DNA of 64,000 bases, taken from assembly GCF_006345805.1 (NCBI RefSeq), contig NW_021831985.1, positions 1 through 64,000 on the forward strand, read 5' to 3'. Source of the stretch: Octopus sinensis (Eukaryota). Under the pieces are notes generated by a model that did not search any database, was not told the origin of the DNA, and saw only the letters and a list, made by a program, of their open reading frames with translations. The stretch's first letter is position 1; each line of letters starts with the position of its first letter. Below are positions 52,706 to 64,000 of the stretch, in pieces. Made by a program: the position numbers and the translations under genes.

Positions 52706-52900
52706 TTACAAGAGACAAGGAGAGGAAGACGATGGCATCTCGTCCGTTCGAATTCGTTTCACATTTGAATCAGGGGAATTGTCCTCATAGATTTTCAGCT
52801 CCCGATAGAGCAGCGATGTGTAACACGGAAGGTACTTTTTCACCAGTTCTTGAAAGAAAGCTTCCATTGTTTTACCAGCTTTGCCAACTTCTGAAGAATC
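52706..52900 (-). CDS. TRIM33: TIF1-family terminal coding exon: last bromodomain helix and C-terminal tail, DSSEVGKAGKTMEAFFQELVKKYLP...KRIRTDEMPSSSSPCLL*
   Basis: Acceptor tttctttcag; 64 codons then TAA at 52706-52708. SEV..AG motif as in TRIM33 DSEVAQAG; basic KRIR patch near the C-terminus. Confidence 0.9.
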   Translation of the reverse strand, partial: DSSEVGKAGKTMEAFFQELVKKYLPCYTSLLYRELKIYEDNSPDSNVKRIRTDEMPSSSSPCLL

Positions 52901-52999
52901 CTGAAAGAAAAGTGAGAAAAACAAATGAAATTTACTATTATTTTTTTTTTTTTTTTTTTGATACAATAAAATGAATTTTTGGAAATCAAATTCAAAATC

Positions 53000-53525
53000 G
53001 AACCAAATTCAATGACTGGCACCCATGCCAACCGTCCTTCATTGGACACTAAACTGCTTGCGAAGACCTGTTGGGGCAAGTGAAGTCAAAATTGAACCAA
53101 ATTCGATGACTGGCACTCTTGCCAGTGGAGCGCTAACAGTTCCATCCAAGCGGGATGCATGTAAAAAGCACCATTTGAGTGAGATCGTTACCAGTGTCAC
53201 CTTACTGAAATGTGAACAAAACATTCGAGCAAGGACATTGCCAGTGCCGCTGGACTGACTCCTGTGCAGGTGACACGTAAAAAACATCATTTGAGCGCGG
53301 TCGTTGCCAGTACTGCCAGACTGGCCCTCATGCCAGTGGCACGTAAAAGCACCCACTACACTCTCGGAGTGGTTGGCGTTAGGAAGGGCATCCAGTTGTA
53401 GAAACTCCGCCAGATCAGACTGGAGCCTGGTGCAGCCATCTGGTTCGCCATCCCTCAGTCAAATCGTCCAACCCATGCTTGCAAGGAAAGTGGATGTTAA
53501 ATGATGATGATGATGATGATGATTT
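53000..53525 (+). mobile_element. RTE-related short retroposon family E with (GAT)n tail
   Basis: GGCACGTAAAAGCACC...TAGGAAGGGCATCCAG...AACCCATGC...GTTAAATGATGATG. Copies at 26360-26565, 26790-27080, 31565-31715 (-), 46250-46450 (-), 54610-54960 (-) and 56630-56830 (-). The 54610-54960 copy carries an RTE-like DQDLWHYVV remnant. Confidence 0.75.
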
Positions 53526-53572
53526 GGAAAATCTTGAAACAAAAACAAAATGCAATTGTATTTTTTTTTTAA

Positions 53573-53795
53573 CCCTTTGGCATATAAACCAACTAAGTCC
53601 ATCCCAAATATTCTGTCTGTTTTATGTTGAAACTGGCCAGATCCAGCCTCTCACACCTACTCTACAATGTCATTCTAATAATAATAAACATTCACATCTT
53701 CAAAATCTTGAAGCTACAGCATAATATATGATTAATTTTTTAAAATGTGGATCCATAAGCATTACTTTTGATCAATGAATCTGAATGCTTAAGGG
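53573..53795. mobile_element. Second piggyBac-like MITE family (degenerate)
   Basis: TTAA|CCCTTTGGCAT at the left end; ATGCTTAAGGG at the right end. Confidence 0.6.
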
Positions 53796-53877
53796 CTGAA
53801 TAAAATAGACTTACAATCAGAGTTCTCTCCCCACACATTTTTCAAAAGAATAATTTGAAAAATAAAAATAAACAATT

Positions 53878-54053
53878 GTAGGCGCAGGAGCGGCTGTGTG
53901 GTAAGTAGCTTGCTTATGAACCACATGGTTCCGGGTTCAGTCCCACTGCATGGCACCTTGGGCAAGTGTCTTCTACTATAGCCTCGTGAGTGGATTTGGT
54001 AGAGAGAAACTGAAAGGAGCCTGTCGTATATATGTATCTATGTGTGTGTGTGC

Positions 54054-54087
<34 letters not shown>

Positions 54088-54290
54088 ATGTTTGTGTGTC
54101 TGTGTTTGTCCCCCCAACATCGCTTGACAACCAATGCTGGTGTGTTTACATCCCCATAACTTAGCAGTTCGGCAAAAGAGACCGATAGAATAAGTGCTAG
54201 GCTTACAAAGAATAAGCCCTGGGGTCGATTTGCTCGACTAAAGGCGGTGCTCCAGCATGGCCACAGTCAAATGACTGAAACAAGTAAAAG
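53878..54290 (+). mobile_element. tRNA-derived CORE-like SINE family B with an internal (TA/TG)n tract
   Basis: Head GGCGCAGGAG.GGCTGTGTGGTAAG...GGGTTCAGTCCC; CORE-like GCACCTTGGGCAAGTGTC; tail GACTGAAACAAGTAAAAGA. Other copies: 7400-7790 (+), 22855-23260 (+), 25210-25745 (-), 31130-31440 (-), 34980-35140 (-), 37380-37620 (-), 40715-41120 (-), 47950-48110 (+), 54990-55625 (-), 56500-56620 (-), 59280-59760 (mixed), 62640-63020 (+). Confidence 0.9.
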
Positions 54291-55214
54291 ACTATCTCAT
54301 AATTTCAAGATTTCAATGACGCGATTGCTTATTTTTAGAATGACATTGCAGGGTAGGTATGAGAGGCAAGATCTCACTGCTTGGAACATAAGAACAGGTA
54401 GAATATCAGGGTCGGATATGGCAGGTTTACATGCAAAGTGAGGTAGCTACTGTTAATGTGAATTAAACCTTGGTCACTGACCTGCTTCTTCACTTGGAAG
54501 ACAGAGGTTCAGTCCCACCGTGTGACATCTTGTGCAAGTGTCTTCTACAACAGCCCCAGACCAACTAACGCCCTTTGAGAAGATTTGGTAGATTGAAACT
54601 GATTTAATGCCCATTGTCCATGATGGCATGGGCTGGACGGTTTGACTGGGCTGGCCCACTGGAAGGCTGCACCAAGCTCCAGTCTGATTTGGCATGGTTT
54701 TCTACGGCTGGATGCCCTTCCTAACGCCAACAACTCCAAGAGTGTAATGGGTTCTTTTACATGCCACCAGCACGGGTGCCGTTTATGTGGCACCAGTATC
54801 TGCCTCGACTGCAATTTTACTTGGCTTGATGGGTCTTCTTTTCAAGCACAACATAATGCCAAAGGTCTTGGTCATTCGTTATTGCCTCCACGAGGCCAAC
54901 ACTTGTAAGGAGCTTTTCACGTGCCACCAAGATCACCCACTTTGCCTCTGACATATTGTCACAAAAAAGGTCTCTTTTTTTATAACTCTTTTTACTTGTT
55001 TCAGTAATTTGACAGTGGCCATGCTGGAGCACTGCCTTTAGTCGAGCAAATTGACCCCAGGACTTATTCTTTCTAAGCCTAGTACTTATTCTATTAGTTT
55101 CTTTTTGCCGAACCGCTAAGTTGCGGGGATGTAAACACACCAGCATCGGTTGCCAAGCGATGTTGGGGGACAAACACAGGCACACAAACATACACACACA
55201 CACATATATACACA

Positions 55215-55685
55215 CACATATATATACGACGGGCTTCTTTCAGTTTCCGTCTACCAAATCAACTCACAAGGCTTTGGTCGGCTCGAGGCTATAGTAATAG
55301 ACACTTGCATAAGGTGCCACACAGTGGGACTGAACCCGGAACCATGTGGTTCGTAAGCAAGCTACTTACCACTCAGCCACTCCTACACCTATTACAGACA
55401 CTGAATTTCTTGGAGAAAAGTACTCCAACTTGCTTGAAGCACACACACATATATATACACGACGGGCTTCTTTCAGTTTCCGTCTACCAAATCCACTCAC
55501 AAGGCTTCGGTCGGCTCGAGGCTATAGTAAAAGACACTTGCCTAAGGTGCCACACAGTGGGACTGAACCCGGAACCATGTGGTTCGTAAGCAAGCTACTT
55601 ACCACTCAGCCACTCCTACACCTATTACAGACACTGAATTTCTTGGAGAAAAGTACTCCAACTTGCTTGAAGCACACACACATAC
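55215..55685. repeat. 233-bp tandem duplication (SINE head plus unique flank)
   Basis: GACGGGCTTC at 55228 and 55461; four substitutions between the copies; the boundaries lie in CA/TA microsatellite. Confidence 0.9.
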
Positions 55686-55794
55686 ACACACACACACAGC
55701 AACTTCCTTATACATTAACATAATCAGACAGCACATTTTGTGAATCATGAGTAGAAATAGAAGAAAACATAGGCGGTGCTATGAGGACACTTAC

Positions 55795-55947
55795 GGAATT
55801 ATACAGTGAGCAATTCTTGAAAACTAATTTGATATCCGCGATGAAGCGTTCGACATCTTTGTAATGGTTGAAGTGTTGCCGAGAAAGTTTGTATTTTATC
55901 GTCGTGAAATCCATTGGATTCGTGATAATTCTATAGTAGTTAGGAAC
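55795..55947 (-). CDS. TRIM33: TIF1-family exon: bromodomain core, VPNYYRIITNPMDFTTIKYKLSRQHFNHYKDVERFIADIKLVFKNCSLYNS
   Basis: Acceptor ttcttccag and donor GTAAGT; 153 nt, phase 0-0. Carries the PNYY..I..PMD and FKNC..YN bromodomain motifs, including the conserved acetyl-lysine-binding Asn. Confidence 0.95.
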
Positions 55948-56431
55948 CTGGAAGAAACGCAGAAAAATTATCAATTAGAAGCTAGACAATCTAATTAAGT
56001 TAATCAATGAATCAATCGTTTAAACAAAAATCAATACGCTCAACGAAAGCACTGAAGCAGTTTGACCAATAAAGCAGCAGTGTGGAAAATTTATAAAGAA
56101 GAAAAAAAATGGGGGGGGGCGGAAAACATTGAACAGAACAAGAGAGAATGGATGTGTGTGTGTGTGTGTGTGTTTGTTGTATGCGCATGGATACAGAATG
56201 TTTTCTATCTTCTATGACATCATTGTTTAACATCCACTTTTCCATGCCTGCATGGATCAGATGGAATTTGTACAGCCTGATGCCCTTCTTGTCACCAGCC
56301 ATTACCTGTTTCCAAGTAAGACAATATTTCCCCCCCCCCCCCATGGTGACCTGACATTAAAAACAACATGGCTTGTATGACAGTGATGCTCATTTACAAC
56401 CATCATGTGATGACAGGACATGGGTACACAG

Positions 56432-56467
<36 letters not shown>

Positions 56468-57162
56468 CACACACACACACGGTAGTCACCCTACTCCCCA
56501 GCCTCTATGAACCATAGCCACTCACAAGGCTCCAGTTGGCCTAGCGCTACTGTAGAAGACACTGGCCCAAGGTGTCATGCAGTGGGACCAAACCTGAGGC
56601 TACGTGTATTTACCACACAGCCACATCATCATCATCATCATCATCGTCGTCGTTTTACGTCCATTTTCCATACTAGCATGGGTTGGACAGTTCGACCGGG
56701 TTCTGGGAAGTCAGGAGGCTGCACCAGGCTCCAGTCTGATCTGGCAGTGTTTCTACAGCTGGATGCCCTTCCTAATGCCAACCACTCCATGAGTGTAGTG
56801 GGTGCTTTTTACGTGCCACCGGCCTGTGCTAATAATAAAAATAATAATAATCCTTTCTCCTAAAGGTACAAGACCTGAAATTTTTGTGGGGAAGGAGGAC
56901 TAGTGTTTCACTAGTGCTTAATTTATTGACCCCAAAAGGATGAAAGGCAAAGTCGACCTCGGCAGAATTTGAACACAGAACATAAAGACAAATGAAATGC
57001 CACTAAGCATTTTGCCCCGTGTGCTAATGATTCTGCAAGCTCCTTGCCTTAATAATAATAATGATAATAATAATAATAATAATAATAATAGAGCACTTAG
57101 AGAGCATAAACTTCCACCAAAGCAACCCCAACATCCTCTAACGAGTCTGCCACCTCACTGCC

Positions 57163-57225
<63 letters not shown>

Positions 57226-57902
57226 TAGGCAAGCTAAATAAAAAGAAGTCTTTAGGAAATATTTACATACACACACACACAAACAAACAAGCAAACAAAA
57301 ATGAATCAGACAGCCATAAACAGCAAGTCACTATCCCAAGATCAGTTCACTCAAAGTGAAGAAAACCTAACAAAAAAGTATTTAAAAAAAAAAAGCAAAA
57401 GCCCGTTATATGACAGAACTGATTGTGTGTGTAACTGATTGATGACTTTGCAACAACAACAAATCCATCATCCCATTAACAGACAGTGAAATCATAGCCA
57501 TGGAATACAAATCACTTTACAAGACAGGGGTGTATAAGGCGGATTGGAAAGGGATGTGGAGGGAGAAACCAGTAGTAGTAGTAGCAGCAGCAGCAACAGA
57601 GTGGAAGTTATTATGTTGTAAGCTATGATGGGACATAAAACTAAAATGGAGGCACCACAAAGTACGTTTTTATTACAATGCCAAGAAAACACTGTTATTC
57701 TCAAAGATGTTTTATGCCTTGAACAATAAATGTTTTACAGATTTCAGAATAAAGTGCGTTTCCTCTCTCTCTCTCTCTCTCACTCCCTCCCTCCCTCTCT
57801 CCCTCTTGTAATACTATATGCGTTTCTTCTCTGTTCTGTTCCTTCCCGCCAACAAAAATCAATCAATTCCCTCTAGCCAGAGATAAAAAAAAAATTCTTT
57901 AA

Positions 57903-59130
57903 CCCCATGACAACGAGTATTCTTTTCATCAAGCAACTAGGTTGCATTGACAGTAAATCATCTAGGCTGAGATCAGCGATTAGCGCACAACAATGGTTCA
58001 GCATATATTTACATCAACTACTTTAAACAGTTTACAGCGGTCATTCATTCAGTTGCCTGCATGCAGGAACGGTAATCGTGCCGACTGAGGTCAGCACTCA
58101 ATGCAAGGTAACATTCAGTGTATATTTACGTCAACCACTTTAACCAGTTTACAGCAGTCATTCATTCGGTTACCTTCACGCAGGAACGGTAATCACACCG
58201 ATTGAGGGCAGCACTCAGTGTGAGATAACATTTGGTGTATATTTACGTTAACTGTTTTAGTGCAAGTACTGTTTATTTAGCTAAACTATATCCCTGTGCA
58301 GGACGCTCATGCGGTATTATTCCTGAATAAGATCACTCGACAGCAGAAGTCAGATCAACTTCATGTATTCACAATTACATGAATTCAAAAATTGACTTTA
58401 GTGCGGTAGAGTTCACACTAGGGTACCACATACAGTGGCATATTACATTGTAACAATGGTATCTAGTTTCCTTAAGTTTCCCTTTTGCTTTACATACTGG
58501 GCATCTCTTTGAAGCATTTGTCAAAGAAGCACCGAAAATCAATCACATGGCATCATTTCTCGAAAGAAAGGTGTCAACATAGCTGGATCCTAATTCCAAT
58601 AGGATGCCAGGGTTGGTTTCTTCACAATGCCCATAAGTACCAGCAGGGTAAGCAAAACTTTGATTTTGTCCCCTGTAGTTGGAAACCAATCACTGCCATG
58701 CCCAGGTGTGGTATGCTGGGGATGGTTTTCAGCATGGTCATTCATTTCGTCCTCTATATATTGGAACAATTCATCCATCAAAAACTTTTGGAAGATTTTC
58801 AATGGTGAACTTCCATGTTCAAGGTTTGCTTTTATTCCAGGTGTAAACAGTAAACCCACGCTGTCAGATGAAATTGTCTCTCGCTCGCCACACGACATTC
58901 TGTTGTCCAGAGCCATTCACTGCTGCCCACCTGTACCTTTGATTCACCTGAATATCATCATCACTAACGGAATCATCTGATTCAAACAACTGGTGAGGTG
59001 GTGGAACTTGGTGAAGCTTGGCGTGACGACTGTAAATTCGACGAAACAGAACGCGATGATGAAGTTGACAGAGCCAGAGTAGCAGGATCAGCCTTATCAG
59101 GTTGTAAATATTTACATGAAACATCTAATT
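57903..59130 (-). mobile_element. Internally deleted piggyBac transposase pseudogene
   Basis: The N-terminal region SPLKIFQKFLMDELF...MNDHA...W.PTT..KIKVLLTLLVLMGIVKKPTL..YW (58590-58916) is followed within about 100 bp by the Cys-rich tail RCPVCKAKGKLKETRYHC; the DDD core is missing. TTAA|CCC terminus at 57899-57905. 117-bp subterminal tandem units start at 57997, 58114 and 58231. Confidence 0.85.
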
Positions 59131-60691
59131 GGCCTATCAGTTGGCAGGTAGACCGGTACTAACTCAGGTAACAGGTTCTAAGTCAGGCAGCGTATAATTA
59201 CGTCGGTCAATTTAAAGCATGTACGCTGTGGACATAAATTTATATCAACCGTTTAAAAAATGTTAAATAACATCATCTTTTATCTTTTACTTGTTTCAAT
59301 CTTTGAACTGCGGCCATGCTGGCACACTGCCTTAAGCAGTTTTAGTCAAATAAATCAACCTGAGTACTCATTTGTTTTTAAAGCTTGGTACCTTGGTCTC
59401 TCTTTGCTGAACCACTAAGTAACAAGAATGCAAACAAATAGTGGCTGTAGACACACAAACATATATGTATATGTATGACAAGCTTTTTTCAGTTTTTGTC
59501 TACCAAATCCACTCACAAAGATTTGGTTGGCCTGGGGCTATAATAGAAACAACTCGCTCAATGCCATGCAGTGGAACTTAACCAAGAACGATGTGGTTGT
59601 CAATCAAAATTCCTACCACACAGCTATACTTGCACCTATTCAAGTTCAGTCCCACTGCATGGCACCTTCAGCACGTGTTTCCTACTATAGCCCAAGGCCA
59701 AACAAAGCTTTGTGAGAGGATTTGGTGGATGGAAACTAAAAAAAGCCCATGATGTACACACGTCTGTGTGTGTGCATGCATGCTTGCATCTGTGCATGCA
59801 CACACAGGTGTGAGTGTATGTATGTATGTATGTATGTATGTATGTATGTGCACATATGTTTGTGTTTCCTTGCTTTGTTATCACATGATTGTTCAAAATG
59901 AATGCCAGCTATTTCCAAAAGCCATATGTCTGCAAAGAACATATCTGGCCATGGAGGCCATATTACCTTACTAGCACACAGGTAAAGGCTGGCAGTAAGA
60001 AGGGGCAATCAGGCCTTTGAAAATCTACCACAATTAACTCGTCCCACCCACGCAAGTATCAAAAAGTGGTGGTAATCATCATCATTATGGTAATAGTAAT
60101 ACTTGCTTCTACTGCCACTTTTTTCAAAGAAATTAGAAACAAGAAATATGTCCTATGGTTGATTCTGCAACTCTCCATTCATGGCCTTCTAACCTTTCTA
60201 AGAAGAATCCTGACACCTGCTAACCTCAGAAATGTTTTTTTTTTAAAGTTTATTTTAGCTTTTTTTTTAAAGTTTTTTTTTTGTCTTTTTGACACATGCC
60301 ACCACAGTTCCCATCACATTTTTAGTAACATTTTTATTCTTTTCTTTAAATAATACAGGCTTAGCAGAAAAACAGAAAGAGACAAGGACGCACATAAGAA
60401 GAAAAAAAAGGAATTAGAACAACAACTGCAAATACATCACCGACAGCTAAGAATTTAACAAGGTTTCATTCACTCAAAACATAGGAAAAAATAAGATGAA
60501 GGAAGGAAAGGTGAGTAGTAGTAGAAGTAGCAGTAGCTGCAGTGGTGGTAGTGGAGGTAGTGGCGGCAGTGGTGGTGGTGGTGGTGGTGGTGGTAGTAAT
60601 AATCAGTTAAGACATGGTACAGGTCTCTAAAACATATTCTATCAGAGATTCAGATTTGCTAAGTCTATAAATAATTATTATTATTATCATG

Positions 60692-60723
<32 letters not shown>

Positions 60724-60895
60724 CATTATTATTATCATTATCATTATTATCATTATTATCATTATTATCATTATTATTATCATTATTATCATTATTATTA
60801 TTATTATCATTATTATTATTATTATCATTATTATATTATTATCATTATTATTATTATCATTATTATTATTATTATCAATATCATTATTATTATTA

Positions 60896-60927
<32 letters not shown>

Positions 60928-61565
60928 GCAGTTGAAGAATAACTAGATTGCAAAATAAGAAGAAAAAACACAAGAAGGCTGAAATCAACCAAGTGTAGAA
61001 ATATATGACAGACAATTTGTAAACTTGCGACTTGTTTCTAAGACAGATTTAGTTTAACAGTGAGAGGCACGGCGTAGTTGTGAAGGTGGTGGTTGGTGTG
61101 GCTAAACGTGAGGGCATCATGTGTATATGTATATATGTATGTGTATATTCAGATTCATCTGTCTATCCATGCACTCACACAGATAGATATATATGAGAAA
61201 AGTCAGTGTGTCTTTGCATCATTGTATGTATGTATGTATGCATGTATGTACAAAGCCATACACGCATGCATGAATGTAAGTACATACATAAAGGTGGTAG
61301 AGGATAGTGGCTGTTTGGTTGTTGAGGATAAATGTGAGGGCATCATATGGGTATATATGTGTATATACAGATTTATCTATCTATATATACAGATATATAT
61401 ACTTACTTGGAAAAGGATATGTAGCGTTCGATCATATAATAATATAAATAATATATAAATATATGCATATGTACATACATATATGTACATACCTACATCT
61501 ATATGTATATACACACATATAAAAGAATATAAGTGAGTGTGTGTTTGTCTGTGTGTGTGTATGTA

Positions 61566-61613
<48 letters not shown>

Positions 61614-62124
61614 GACACATATACACATGTATGTATTTAAGTAGATACATAAGGGTGGATAAATGGATAGATTACTTGTGATGAAAAGAAAACAGTAACC
61701 AAAAGAAAAAGGCAAAGAAAAAAATCAAAGAAGAATAAAGAGACAAAAAAAAGAGAGAAGCTTAGTTTCATAGTCTCATTTAGAATGAACCAAATTGCAA
61801 GAAATTCTCTTAGCTGACAATCAAAAGAAAGATTAAAGAGAGAAAAAAAAGGGGGTGAAAAAATGATTGGAAAACAAGGGAAAACTAGTAGAAAATAAAA
61901 AAGAAGGAAAAAAAAGAAAGATTGACAGAAGTAAAGACAGCAAGGAGCTAGAATCTGACATGGTAATTCGGTTAGCTAGATTCAATATTTGGTTAGAATG
62001 AAGTCAATCCAGCTAGATATATAGCATACAATGAGATTAGGCTTAAAGAAAACTGGAATGGAAACAGCCAAAAGAAAACGGTCAAAGTAACAATGGTAGT
62101 ATTCTCTGGAGTGAAAATACTTAC

Positions 62125-62199
62125 AGCTTTACTCACTGGTTCATGGAATGCAGTGCTGGCACTGTGGCAGAACAGCTCAAGAAGAACTCGTTCACACAC
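62125..62199 (-). CDS. TRIM33: TIF1-family exon: bromodomain start, VCERVLLELFCHSASTAFHEPVSKA
   Basis: Acceptor ttccacag and donor GTAAGT; 75 nt, phase 0-0. Aligns by eye to vertebrate TRIM33 [22 protein letters not shown]. Confidence 0.92.
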
Positions 62200-63863
62200 C
62201 TGTGGAACAATAAAGAACAGAAATATGACATTCAGGAGATAAACAAATGGGGTCTTTAAGCCAAGGATGTCAAATGTAAGGCCCAGCTTGTAGCAGTGTT
62301 TAGTCTGGCTGCTAACTCTGTAACACTTTTAACCCTTTCGTTATTTTGAGATGCTCTGTGTTTCTTTCAATTACTTTAAATATAACAAAGAATTTAGTAA
62401 AATAACTTAGTTATCATTCAGCTAGTGTTAGGAACATAAATTGTGATTAAAGTTTGGTGGAAGATTTTAATTCAAAACTTATGAAAATAAGACATTTGTA
62501 CACAGAGCCAGAGCCGGTTTCAGCCGGGTTGGTAACAAAAGGGTTAACTTGTTTCAGCTTTAAAGCTGCAGTCATGCTGGGGCACCAATTTTAATTGAAA
62601 AAAAATTCTAATAATACTTTTTTTCATTTTTAAATATTTTACGGGCATTGCTATGTGGTCAAGAAGCTTGATTTGCAACCATGTGGTTTTGGGTTCAGTC
62701 CTACTGCACAGTACCTTGGACATGCATGTTATACTATTTGCCCCAAGCTGACCAATGTCTTGTAGGTGAATTTGGTGGACAGAAACTGTGTCGAAGCCTG
62801 CTGTGTGTGTATGTGTGTGTGTGTGTGTGTGTGACCACTTGACAACTGGTGTTGGTTTATGTCCCTTTAACTTAGCAGTTCAGCAAAAGAAACCAACAGA
62901 ATTAGTACCAAAGTTAAAAAAAAAAAAACAGAAGTACTGGGGACAATCTATAGGCCTAAACCTTCCAAAGTGAGGCTCCAGCATGGCCACAGTCCAATGA
63001 CTGAAACAAGTAAAAGGTAAATGATAAAATACAAGTATGTGGAGAGTCTGAGCCTAACTACTAGAAAATCTTTTGTTGTCTTAATCAAAGAAAAAGATTT
63101 TATGAATCCATACATCAAAACATGTGACCTATTTCCCCTTCACTTTAGCTATATGCACCAAGCCAAAATATGAAAAATATTGAAAGGTTTTGCAGTTGAA
63201 ACAGGCAAAACTTTTTTTCTTTTTTTTAAAAATCAAGTATTCGTTTTCTCAAGTAGTGCACGCATTCATTTGCACCAATTTTTATCTTTATTCACACTCT
63301 AAAAGATATTACTTAATAGGAATGCACATATATACCAAGTAAGTGAGTTTCCTCTTACATACCTCTATACACAGCCTAGACTAATACTGCACATATTATT
63401 TCCTTTATTTATTATTAATAAAGTAGTTACAGTATGTACTAACCCTTTTAGCCATTACTCTGATTTACATAGTAATGGGAGTTTCAGGAGTAACTGTCCC
63501 CATTTTGGCCACAAGATCTAGTTTATGCTTCAATCTACCCCACACAACCAGTGCTTTCAGCTTACTTTTCTATGTGATAAATCAATCCGATATAAACAGG
63601 AAACCTACATGTGATCACTGTCTGATAGAAATAGCAGCCAAATCTCCTCATATCACTCCAAGCTATCTTAAAAAAAATAGACAAAGAATACACTGGATAA
63701 TGTTGACAAAGATATCTCTAAAATGACAGATGTGACAGTCATGGTTAGCATGTCTTTGATAGATAAAGTCACAGTCGTATCAAAGCTGACCTGGTGCAAA
63801 ACAACAACAACAGCAACAAGACATTCTACCAGCCAAGATGGCTAAAATACTCCAGACACTCAC

Positions 63864-63990
63864 CTTGAGTTCTTTGCCATGCAGCCCTGTTGGAACTTTC
63901 CGTTTTGTTCCACCACCTACAAGGTAATCATTTAAGGTTGGTTCATCAATAACTTCAGGATCTTCACAGAATGTACAGTTCCAGCCACCA
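63864..63990 (-). CDS. TRIM33: TIF1-family (TRIM33/TRIM24/bonus-like) exon: end of PHD finger plus linker, GGWNCTFCEDPEVIDEPTLNDYLVGGGTKRKVPTGLHGKELK
   Basis: Acceptor tttttcag and donor GTGAGT; 127 nt = 1 + 42 codons, open. WxCTFC matches the last PHD Cys pair of TRIM24/33 (SGxWICTFC). Joins the next exon in phase 0. Upstream exons lie outside the window. The symbol denotes the family, since a single invertebrate gene is co-orthologous to the vertebrate TIF1 paralogues. Confidence 0.88.
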
Positions 63991-64000
63991 CTGAAAAATA

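Noticed and set aside
52709-52720. C-terminal PCLL as a prenylation signal
   Set aside because: Cys is third from the end, not fourth, so it is not a CaaX box.

Overview
AT-rich, repeat-saturated animal genomic DNA. The SINE families and microsatellite load point to an octopus genome (inference from recognised repeats, not a database result). The only supportable host gene is the 3' end of a TIF1-family (TRIM33/TRIM24/bonus-like) PHD-bromodomain gene on the minus strand, with four coding exons at 63864-63990, 62125-62199, 55795-55947 and 52706-52900. The rest is microsatellite plus transposon debris: at least five SINE families (many dozens of copies, with a dense head-to-tail cluster at about 33-45 kb), Penelope-like element (PLE) fragments with GIY-YIG endonuclease remnants, an RTE LINE 3' fragment, deleted maT/Tc1-mariner and piggyBac copies, piggyBac and hAT MITEs, and a non-autonomous Helitron. 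Nearly all ORFs in the supplied track are microsatellite artefacts. The most interesting signals are as follows. (1) A set of type I hammerhead ribozymes from different PLE families, each with its own self-complementary helix III. (2) A repeated hammerhead-like fold with a non-canonical core (CUGUNGAA). (3) A 252-bp-arm palindrome carrying two hammerheads. (4) A fixed SINE tail-to-internal junction that recurs at four loci and gives 190-bp head-to-tail multimers. (5) An apparent switch in CpG decay of old SINE copies near 26 kb.
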